DNA of 62,714 bases, the filler included, from Choristocarpus tenellus KU-1152 (Eukaryota; Protista; Phaeophyceae), in the NCBI GenBank assembly GCA_964200185.2. It is 10 parts of 10 records of this genome, joined end to end, with 100 filler letters (N's around TTAATTAATTAA, not from the genome) between each part and the next. Parts side by side here need not be neighbours in the genome. Positions count along the whole stretch, not along the records: positions 47,087 to 54,710 come from CAXNAD020005859.1; positions 54,811 to 59,186 come from CAXNAD020014837.1; positions 59,287 to 62,714 come from CAXNAD020020095.1; 7 more parts are not named here. One strand, written 5' to 3'. Below the pieces are notes generated by a model. It was not told the DNA's origin. It ran no database searches and worked only from the letters and a program-made list of their open reading frames with translations. Below, one piece after another: positions 52,828 to 62,714 of this stretch. A program made the translations under genes and the position numbers. Numbering within the stretch: position 1 is the first letter of the stretch; each line of letters opens with the position of its first letter.

Positions 52828-54388
52828 GGAAAGTAGTGAAGTTTTTTTCTTTCTAAGGGTAACACCTGGCTAAACATCCATTGCCCCGAGGCTGTGTGAG
52901 GACCACTTCAGGCAGTCACTACGTCTTGTACTTTTGGCTACCTCTATCACTCTCATGCAAACTCTTCAGCTCTCTGAATCAGAAACCCCAGTTCACATGC
53001 ATGAAAAGGAAAAGAACTGTAGTGTTGTATGCGAAACTGAATTTTTACCCCCTTTTTTTTTATGCTGTGTTGAACACATGCTTCATTAAGGAGTGGAATG
53101 GCCATGGAGATATTTATCCTTGATTGCAGAGCTACAATGTGTTCAGCCCATAAATTATCCAAGCTTCAACTTACGGTTATGTGCAAACTTGATGTAGTCG
53201 TCAATGTAGATAACATCTTGCATACCCACAATTCGTTGTGGGCATACTTTACTTCAAAACTATTCGTCTGGTGTAGGGATTTTTTGAAGTTTATGTGAAT
53301 CCTTGCTAAACTGCAGTCAGTTGTGTGTATTCATGTGTGTCTGACTGGATATCTTTGGTTTTGAATTTCAGATCGATTGGCTCAATTGTCTCTGAAGATT
53401 GCCACACAAGATACGTTTGTGCTTGATGTGTTCAGATATCTAGGGTCCATCATCACAGGTGCAGAAAATGCACAAGTAATTTTACATTGGTTGGAAAATA
53501 TGAAATACAGTGTGACTGCTGAAGGGAGAGCCTAACCTCGGAAAAGACCTCAACGGCAAAAAGCATGATAGATGGTCACCTATGCCACCACAATAGCACA
53601 AGAATGTTAGACTTTTGATGTAGTCCGATACAGATGTACAGCAGATCAACAACGAGGAGAGGGTTTGCTTACACAATTTGCCATAAGAGAAAAAACCTCA
53701 TGCCAGATGATGCGCCGCAGTAATGGTTGCTGCCAATGGACAAACTGTAAGTACAACAACAATCCACATGTCAGACCCCATGGAGATGTAGACAAGATTT
53801 GTACCCATGGGTACAATTTATCAGGTGGGCAATGTGTATGCTGAAGCACAGGTAATATGTCTGAGGCAACCCAATTCCTAGGAAAGTGTACAAATATATT
53901 CACAATGCAAAATTTGAATAGCTTTATTCCCCCCTTACTTCAAGAGGGTATATTGTATCAGCTGATTATACTAACTGGGAAGCCCAGTGCCTTGATACCT
54001 TCTTTGTAAGGTCAGCTTTTTTCTGCTGGACTATGCTCCCCCTTTGCCCAACTTTTGTAATTCAGCAACCCTGTATTTAGTCGTTTCCATCTCTCTTGGT
54101 TGTATGATCACATTTGAGTATAAGCTTTGACATGCCTTCGAACAATTCAGGGACGCACACTGTTGCCCCGTGTAACTGACTGAATTGACTCAATATGCAC
54201 TATGTTGATCCTTTATGGAACTCCACTAAACTATTTTAGGTTGCTCCTACCCTACTGAATATTTGCACAAAATTTGTCAGGTTGATAGGAATTACACACC
54301 AATCAGGGGTTACGCATTATTCACCGAAAAAATGAGATACACTCCAAAGTAGGTACATACTTCGCAAAAATCACAAACAATACAGTTA

Positions 54389-54574
54389 ACAGCCAATTTC
54401 AAAAATTGAGGATGGGCTTGACCCAAAATTGACAGGGATAAAGTGTCGATATAATTTTTTTTGTATTGTTTTAAATGACAATACAAAAAAAATTATATCG
54501 ACACTTTATCCCTGTCAATTTTGGGTCAAGCCCATCAATGAAAAGCTCCATTCTCAATTTTTGAAATCGGCTGT
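54389..54574. mobile_element. Palindromic foldback/MITE (family E) flanked by TA
   Basis: Perfect 59-bp stem 54411-54469 / 54478-54536 with an 8-nt loop; outer arms ACAGCC(A/G)ATTTCAAAAATTGAG; TA on both sides. Confidence 0.85.
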
Positions 54575-55088
54575 TAGTTGTAGCTGCAAGTGAGATGTCA
54601 CTTTCACAGTTCATTCTGAGTTACAGGATCTGCTCAGATTATTTGTCCTGGCACCACAAGTATGAAGGGCATATAGAAGCAAGGGTAGAACCCTCAAGAG
54701 TCGGAACCCCNNNNNNNNNNNNNNNNNNNNNNNNNNNNNNNNNNNNNNNNNNNNTTAATTAATTAANNNNNNNNNNNNNNNNNNNNNNNNNNNNNNNNNN
54801 NNNNNNNNNNCCCCCCCTCGTCTTGTATATTAGGGTTAGGGGATGATCCTACACAATCAAGCCCACCTTTGACGCAGTAAGAGCCTCTGAATGAAGAGAA
54901 GGCGGGAGGGAGCGCGTGGGTCCGGCATGCGTCAAACTTGACAGTGACATCACACAAGTAGTTATCGTAGGGATTCATGAAATCTCATACCACTAGCATT
55001 ATGATAGTCCAATGAGTGTGGAACGCAAGGCAAATAACCAATGCAAAAATTGCAAACAATAGGAGATTAAGTAATAATAGAAGTAAAT

Positions 55089-55527
55089 ATGGCAAAAAAA
55101 ATGTGGTGAAGACGAGTAACGCCAGCATGCGAAAAAATGGACAATGGAACAAAGAAGTACGTAGTTGCAAGTGAAAAAAAAAGCAAGCGACACAAAAGGA
55201 AGTAGAAGGTACGAAGGACATGAAACAACATGGGGAAAGTGAAAAATATAGGAATACACACCTAATCCGCATCTCCTGAACGGCCGCACAATATTCGATC
55301 GGCAATAAAGATGGCAAAAAAATGTGGTGAAGACAAGTAACGCCAGCATGCGAAAAAATGGACAATGGAACAAAGAAGTACGTAGTTGCAAGTGAAAAAA
55401 AAAGCAAGCGATACAAAAGGAAGTAGAAGGTACGAAGGACAAGAAACAACATGGGGAAGTGAAAAATATAGGAATACACACGACCTAATCCGCATCTCTT
55501 GAACGGTCGCACAATATTCGATGGGCA
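55089..55527 (+). repeat. Near-identical tandem duplication, period 222 bp
   Basis: ATGGCAAAAAAATGTGGTGAAGAC...CGCACAATATTCGAT at 55089 and 55311. Confidence 0.9.
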
Positions 55528-55539
55528 CACGGACGGAAT

Positions 55540-58500
55540 GATAACAGCCATGGTGGATTTCAATAGTCTCCCGCAATACACCCCGTATTTCAGCACTGGC
55601 GAACTCTGCAACTCACCGTGTAGGTGGTGTAATTGCGTGGCCCATGGGTGGGGCACAGTGAGCGCGATGGTGCCCTGAGGATGCATCTTAGGCTGCAAGC
55701 ACTGAAGCATCTCACGCAGGTGTGTGTTGGTCGCCTCTTCGTCGATGAGGAGTCTTGGCTCGGCGGCAATGGACACTATGGCGAGCTTTGGCGCGTTGCG
55801 GAAGGCAAAATCACCAAGTTTGTCTAAGGGTACCGTGGGGTCGAGAGGGAGAAGGTCGTGTAGCGCAGTGTTCTCACTCCTGCTTGGACATCATGACACA
55901 CGACACAGTAGACAGACAGCACGACAAGAAGGACGGCATAGTAAGCTACGGTGCAGGCAATCTTTTCATTAAGTGAGGTCCTGACAATATTTCCACAGCA
56001 TCTCCAAAATGTCAGGCCGTACCCTCCACAACGCCAGACTCATCAGATACATCTCGTGGAAGGAGGGTAGACGTCAAAACACTAAGTTCCATGGCCCATG
56101 GAAACCTCCAAAAAAGCGACACATCTAAGGTACAAGGATGAGCAATCCACATGATGTACAAGCAGCCAAGACCTATGTGCAAACCAACGCGAAAACAAAC
56201 ACGCAGAGACGACTTGTGTGTCTGTATAATGTGCAACAGCGCCGACACCCACATGCGCTTCTCCATGTCGGCCGTTTCGCTGCGTGAGGGAGGACGTAAA
56301 AGGCTTTGCATCGTGGGTGACCCGCCCGCACTCCTTGCGCGAGCCTTACCCTTGCCCTTGCCCCTGCCCCGACCCGCCGCTTCGTTCCCCACCGATTCAG
56401 ACCCTTCACTGCCCTCCTGTGCCATGGGGCAATTGATACATAATCGATCCTTGTGCCTTTCGTCGCCTACAATCTCCGCGTAGGCACATTTGCACATATG
56501 CGTGATTGAGCACCTTGGGCATGAATACCTGTCGCGCGTGTCATCGAACAAGAGTATTAAACAGACAGGATAGTATTTTTCCAAATCATTAATTGGGCAC
56601 AACAATGCAACACGGGAATCCACGGTTACGAAGGACCATGAAATTGGCAGCGCAAAACAGCACGAAGTAGTACAGAGGTGAGATGCAACAGTCGGTGATG
56701 TACATGCATTAACACACAATCGGACTATGGTAAATAAAGAGACGTGGGGGTAGCGACCGCTGCGTTGCACACAGAGGGACCCCGCAAAATTCCACCGGTT
56801 CAATGGCGTGTGCCGCTGAAAAGATACAACGAATCTATCCGTTCTGGGGATTGGATGGAAACCAATCTTACACTATTAATTACACTCCGCCCTACACGTG
56901 CACCGTTACAACTACATTACTCACCGAGACGTGGGTGGAGGAATTGCAATCAGTACAGCAAACGCCCGCGTTCCACCCTCCCTCTTCGTTTTGTTCTTCT
57001 TTCGCACCAGGAACACTGCCGACAGAACCCCCTTCGCCCGTATCCTCCCTGTCTGGCAGTCCGTTTCCTCCCTCGTCTTCGTCCCCTCCTTTGTGTTCGT
57101 CCCCTCCTTCGTCTTCTTTCTCACGGTCATCTGATGCCGATCCGTTCTTGCTCTCTACTTCTGCACCGCCGCCATCACAGCCCCGCCCGCCGTGGACCTG
57201 GTGGAGGTTGACCCGGTTGAGTACATCCTGGTATTTACCATCCCAGGTGGTGAGGTAAGTGCGTAGAGACGAGTCCTTCTCGATAATCTAGTAGTGGAGA
57301 CGGCGGAGGACGTCGTTGAGGAGAGGAGGGGACGATGGTGACGTAAAAAATGGGAGAGTGTAATGGAAGTACGATAGCATGTCAATCGGGCAGAGCAAAC
57401 GATATGGTTGACGTGGTGAACGTGTTTAATGGAGGCGGCTTGCGCGGCGAAATAGTTTGAAACAAGTCAATGTCGAGGACGCCAATCAGTATGTAGTTTT
57501 TTTCAGTGACGCGTATTGGAGGCAGAAGAGCCAAAGTATCTTAGAGGGTAGAGCCTCGTCCAATTGGGGGTCAAAAGACAATGTTGTGGTTTTGATGTAA
57601 TTTTGGCTATCGTGTTTGTCAGGAAGTGTCAATATCTATGTTTCTGACACACCTTTCATAACGTACACATTTAACCTACTCCGAAACATTTTGGAGTCGG
57701 AAAATGTCATAAGAAAACCCATGGGAAGTCAATCCCCACAATTGAACAAACAGGGAAAAAATCCTATCGTCTAAGATAGTTTCACTCAGAAACGAGGTGG
57801 AGATTGACCAAGATTGTTGTCTACAGTGGAAGAAAACGATTTGCTATTCCCGCTATTAGCAACGAAAGACTAGAACTGACAAAACAGCAAAGTTTGTAGT
57901 ATGGAAGGCAACCTTGTCGCCACAGAATCACGAAGAAGATCCACAACCAATCCTACCAAGCATCAACTTTTTTTTCGGTACAAGCCATTTCAGCTGTAGT
58001 TACGAACACGGGAGGCACACTCACGGCTCTGATCCATTGCAGAGGTTTCACTTCGACAATCGTGGAGATGTTTGCCCTCAGTTGGAGGACGGGCCCCGCC
58101 TGTTGGTCGCCAGATGAAACCTTCTGCAGAAGCTGGGCCACCTCCGCCTTCCTCTCCTCATAGTAGCGCTTGATCCAGAGCTCGTGCATACCGCACTTCT
58201 CGTATGCGAGCCTGTCCATTTCCCTGGTAGCACGTACATCATGCACGTAACGTCCGGAATTCAGGGTGATTTTGCAATAATCAATAAGTGCGGTGCAGAA
58301 AAAGACGCTGATGGTGTATTTTACAATGCAGGGGCGCATGGCGACGTATGGGTGCGCAAGAGATACGGAAAAGGAAAAAATATATATACTCAACACCAAC
58401 TGAACAATTTGCCGACCTTTGGAGCTCGGATGTCCACTTCTCCTTGGGCACAATCTGCCTGGTGCGCGAGATAAGCATCTCAGACATGTGCGCGTCCGAT

Positions 58501-59050
58501 TCGATCTCCTTGTGGTCCCTCGCCGTAGGAGGCTTCCCATAGAACAACTTGTATCTGCTAAAATAGAATCGCCACAAAGGGCGCCAAGGAGAATGATGCG
58601 CAGGATATGAAGAGGAAAGGGTCGCCACTGCAGCAAACATTCATCACTCAATTGTCGTACTTCCTAAAAGACAAGAGCACACATACACAGGCAACATGCA
58701 CTGTAGAATTACCAGAATACTACGAAGGGATTTTCGTTCGACACAACAATGGCCGACTAAATTCGTCATCGTAGGAGACACTTATTTCACGCTCCTGTGC
58801 AATATGCTGCGACCTGCATAAACTGTGCTTACTGCTGCCTACACGATAAAACACGATGGGGTTTTGACTTGCCTAGCAAGCAGTTGGATGCATAGCCCCT
58901 GCTTGAGAGAAGTGAAGCCGCGAAATTCCTCAGCTGTCAGATAGTTTAGTGAGATTGCATTGCGGTCAATCGTTGGCGACGAGGACTGACACAGTTCCTT
59001 CAGTACCTCGAAGGACTGGTTGAAGGGAGCTTACGCCTTGCTGCCATTTT
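55540..59050 (-). pseudogene. Degenerate multi-exon gene with Cys/His-rich (PHD-like) segments, possibly transposon cargo
   Basis: Coding-like GC-richer segments: ELCQSSSPTIDRNAISLNYL, RYKLFYGKPPTARDHKE, MDRLAYEKCGMHELWIKRYYEE, an acidic G/E/D linker, CCTDCNSSTH, YSCPRCSITHMCKC...LCINC; in-frame stops; interrupted by MITE B. Confidence 0.45.
57528..57787 (+). mobile_element. MITE family B, full copy (~260 bp)
   Basis: TIRs GAGCCAAAGTATCTTAGAGGGTA / ATCGTCTAAGATAGTTTCACTC; collinear with 62458-62714. Confidence 0.8.
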
Positions 59051-61182
59051 CGTAGAGTTGATTTCGACGGGGCAGTAACGCCCACCTTCGCGATGGGCAG
59101 AAAACGGAAAACATTATGCACAAAGCCAGCGAGGATGAGGCATCGTTATTACCACGCCAACTTTGTATATATGTGTGGGGGGGGGGNNNNNNNNNNNNNN
59201 NNNNNNNNNNNNNNNNNNNNNNNNNNNNNNTTAATTAATTAANNNNNNNNNNNNNNNNNNNNNNNNNNNNNNNNNNNNNNNNNNNNGTGTGTCGTTGTTT
59301 TTGGGCTGTTCGAGGTTAGTTTGTGGGGGGGGGGGGGGGGGGGGTGGGAAGGAGTGTGGGAAAATGTCGCCATTGGGAGCTTGTTGAATCTACGTACTCT
59401 TCAGATAGGGGAGGTAGGCTTCCTTGGAAAGAGAAAAGGGGTCTGTACTGAGCTCTGGTGCTTTGGTGCAGGTTGGACAATTTGGCATGGTTAAATTTTT
59501 GTTTTTGAATATGGGATCAAAGCAGGGTTATTATCGTAGTTAAACCCCCGTCCCTCCCTTGCCCACTCTCCCTGAAACTGCTGCTCTTGCAACTTATTGT
59601 TGAATGCAGGATGTCATCTGAACACCATTGATTGTCAGTTACAATGCGTGAAAAAGACCCCTGTTACAGGTAGACCTGTGGGGGGGGGGAGTGGGGCCCT
59701 GATGAGGGCCTGTCCGAACGCATAGAGTGCAGCACTCAAACCTAGAACTATGCACTATTTCTACACAGCTGTGTAATGATGCAATATTGATATACTTACA
59801 TTCCAAATCTTATTGTACGATAGAAGTTTGCAGCAATGGTGATACACACTTCAATTCCAACTCTTAATGCACAGTAGAGGTCTGCAACAATAGTGATAAA
59901 GGCCCCGATTTTCAAGCTGGAGTCAAAAAAATAGTTTTTAGTCCACATTGTTCACTGATGTACTCGGAAAGTACTTGCGTGAGGCCCAGGTTCTACATTC
60001 AATCTGCGGCATAGAGTACCGTCGTTGAACTTATTTAAGTACTGTTCCTGTAACGTTCTGGTGCATTGCTGACCTCCAGGTAGCAAGAAGGGTACCTCAG
60101 GCTTGATTCTTACGTCTGCCTCATCCACCTACCACTAGCCGCAAACGTTCACCAAGTGCCCTTAGAAAAAACCCAAGAAAATATTATGGTAGAGATGACC
60201 GATGACTACTTTGTTTTGACTTTGCTTCCATTTCGTGTTTGATTGGATTTTTCTTTTTTTTCCCGTCCCATTTCTTGTTCATTCGCAGGCGCTCCTTGGA
60301 ATGACGGAGGAAGACTTGGTGCAGATCGGAGTTAAAAAGGGTCATGCTCGTCTCATTGTACGAGCTCTTGACAGTGACGCAGTGTAGATTTGCTAAGTGC
60401 TTAGAGGAATCATGTGTGTCTGTCTGACCATGTGCATCTTTTGTACACCCCACGTTTCCATCAATGTGATGAGGATTGAGGTCGTTAGAGCGCCCCTGAT
60501 AGAGATTTGGTGCACCTTAACTATGCGTGGTTCCTCTCTGCCCGTTTCCCCCTTCCCATGACGGCAGTCACTCTCTGTCTTAAAGTCTTCGTCCGGTGTA
60601 CTTTTGTTGTGTTGAAAATACAATATGCTTGAGCGCTTACGATGTGTTCGTTCTTGATGATTTTTGAAAATTGTAAACAGTTTATCATGCCCAATTGTAT
60701 CTTCAACACATGCGGCGTTTTTATTTATTTATTGAGTACACCTTTCACGCAGTTCGATCGATGCAGTACTTTTAAAATAGGAGTATGTTACTGTACCATC
60801 AGTAGTAATAATGTGTACTCCTATTCTAGGGCAATGCACTGATCTGTTGCCTCCTAAGTGCTTACCTGTTAGGCACCGACATCTTTTTACAGTAGGTTTC
60901 CACCCTCCAAATAAACTCACCGTGGGGATTGAATTGTTGTAAAGCAGAATGGATTTTTTTTACGATCACATACTCGGAGTTTTTGTCGAAATCAGATGTC
61001 AAACCTCAATATAACTGGCTGCTTTTGCAAATCCCTACACCAGGAGGATATGAGATAAGTCGAGAGGGTGGGTCCAGGAGATGATCATTATGAAATGCAA
61101 ATATTGAGATTGGCTGGTTGGGGAGTGCTTGCCAATAGTTGGTCGGTCGGGTGGGACCTCAGTCTCTGATTTTGTGTAATAT

Positions 61183-61445
61183 TGAGAGCCAAAGTATGCG
61201 AGAGGTAGCCAGGTTACGGTCGTTTGGATTTTTGGTCACTTTTCCAACTTTTCTGCAGTTCACCCTCACTTCTATGGATGAAATGCTAAGGTTGGTCTGA
61301 GAGTGTTGATCTCTCTTTTGGTTAGTTATTTTCGACAGAATTCAGAAATGTCCTTACACATTTATATAGAAAGTACGAATCTTACACATTTGTCAGCATC
61401 ATTGAAATGAAACCCTGGGTACCTCTCTTTTACTTTGGTTCTGAG
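61183..61445 (+). mobile_element. MITE family C, copy 1
   Basis: TIRs GAGAGCCAAAGTATGCGAGAGGTAGCCAGG / CCTGGGTACCTCTCTTTTACTTTGGTTCTGAG. Confidence 0.7.
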
Positions 61446-62254
61446 ATACCACCGGGACACTTAGTTGTGCAACTGACTGCCCTGCTGCATCAGTGCTACA
61501 GTGGTATCTTGATGTTGGGCAAATTGTTTGATCCAATCAGCCATGCCTCTCTGGTATCCAACACCTTACTGCCCGCAGCCCACCTCCTGCGGGTGTGTTG
61601 CTTGGAGTCTCAAATGCCTTCTCCTTAGCATTCTACAGGAGGAATGTTATCATACGAAGTTGCTGGCATACAACCACCTCCTAGGTTTTGTATTTATTCC
61701 ATCATAGCGTGTTTCCTGTTCGGTGTTGAACATAAAATTTTCTGTATGCGGCGGATGTCATCATCATAGAATAATTACACATACACGCACTTCGTTCTTC
61801 ATACATTGAAGTGCTCCATAAAATATGCGGAGTATTATGCTTGAGTAAGTACTACTTCTTCGTAAGTGCTTCGAAACACCTTTTTTGACAAGGTGAGCAA
61901 CGATGTCTCAAGAGTTTTGCGCATGAATATATAATTGTGCATCATGAACATACTACATACCTAGTAGAGCCAGATTTTGCATACTCCGTGTAAGTATATG
62001 TACTATATATGTATCGCACATGTGATCTATACTAATTGTAGTTGTCATTGTAACTACCAGCTCATCATACATACACATACCCGTTTAGACAGTAGTATAA
62101 CGATTTAATCGACAGTGGGAATAACTCGTTGCATGCATCATTAGTGTGTGTATATTATGTGCAATCCTCACATGCACAATAGCATTCATTCAAACCACAC
62201 CTACATGAATACTTACTTACCAAAGACTTTTGGTAGACCATGACTTCTTGTATA

Positions 62255-62374
62255 CTCAGAGCCAAAGTAAACGAGAGGTACCCAGTTTTTGACCGTATGG
62301 CATTTTAAGTCAGTTCTTTTTATATTTGGCAATTGTTCATATTTCTATGGACATAGTGGAAAGTTTGGCTCGAG
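62255..62374 (+). mobile_element. MITE family C, short copy 2
   Basis: CTCAGAGCCAAAGTAAACGAGAGGTACCCAG at the left end and AAGTTTGGCTCGAG at the right end. Confidence 0.6.
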
Positions 62375-62457
62375 AACAGTGATTTCTCTATTGTTTGGAA
62401 AATTTCGATACAAGTAGGAAAAAGCCCTAAACGTAATAGTATAAATGGACAAATTTT

Positions 62458-62714
62458 GACCTGAAGTATATTAGAGGGTAGAGCCGCGTCCATTTGGGGG
62501 TCAAAATCCAATGTTGCGAATTTGATGTAATTTGGGGTATCGTGTATATTAGGAAGTGTCAATATCCATGTTCCGGACATACCTTTTCGTAACATATACA
62601 ACTTACCTACTCCTAAACATTTTGGAGTAGGAAAATGCAATAAAAGAACCAATGGGAAGTCAAGCCCCAAATGGACAAACAGGGCAAAACTCGTACCCTC
62701 TAAGATACTTGCAC
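62458..62714 (+). mobile_element. MITE family B, copy 3
   Basis: AAGTATATTAGAGGGTAGAGCC...TACCCTCTAAGATACTT; collinear with 57528-57787. Confidence 0.8.

Noticed and set aside
54985-55540. Hydrophobic F/C-rich 'membrane protein' ORFs
   Set aside because: Result of reading the T-rich strand of the 222-bp tandem repeat
59750-60620. Minus-strand coding-like fragments (possible transposase)
   Set aside because: Multiple stops and no catalytic motif identifiable; needs a profile search

Overview
Eukaryotic, intron-rich nuclear DNA. GT(GC)-AG introns, TTAGGG repeats and signal-peptide-led (bipartite-type) targeting presequences point to a photosynthetic stramenopile, probably brown-algal lineage (inference). 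The window is not continuous: nine identical 100-nt linkers (N44-TTAATTAATTAA-N44) separate ten segments, so synteny across linkers cannot be assumed. Complete spliced models were reconstructed by hand for TRAPPC2/sedlin, IMP3, RPS9, a proteasome beta1-like subunit, a 100-aa Par3/HAL-N-like protein and a plastid-targeted protein with cyanobacterial-type domains. Partial models were found for a TMEM8/PGAP6-like EGF-CREST protein, an RMND1/DUF155 protein and several hypothetical proteins. Mobile DNA comprises a Tc1/IS630-like transposase pseudogene, an RTE-like LINE remnant, a possible hAT remnant, several MITE families sharing one terminal motif and a palindromic foldback element. The most notable observation is the beta1-like subunit, which lacks catalytic Thr1 and the propeptide and instead begins with a signal-peptide-like leader. 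No rRNA, tRNA or CRISPR array was seen.
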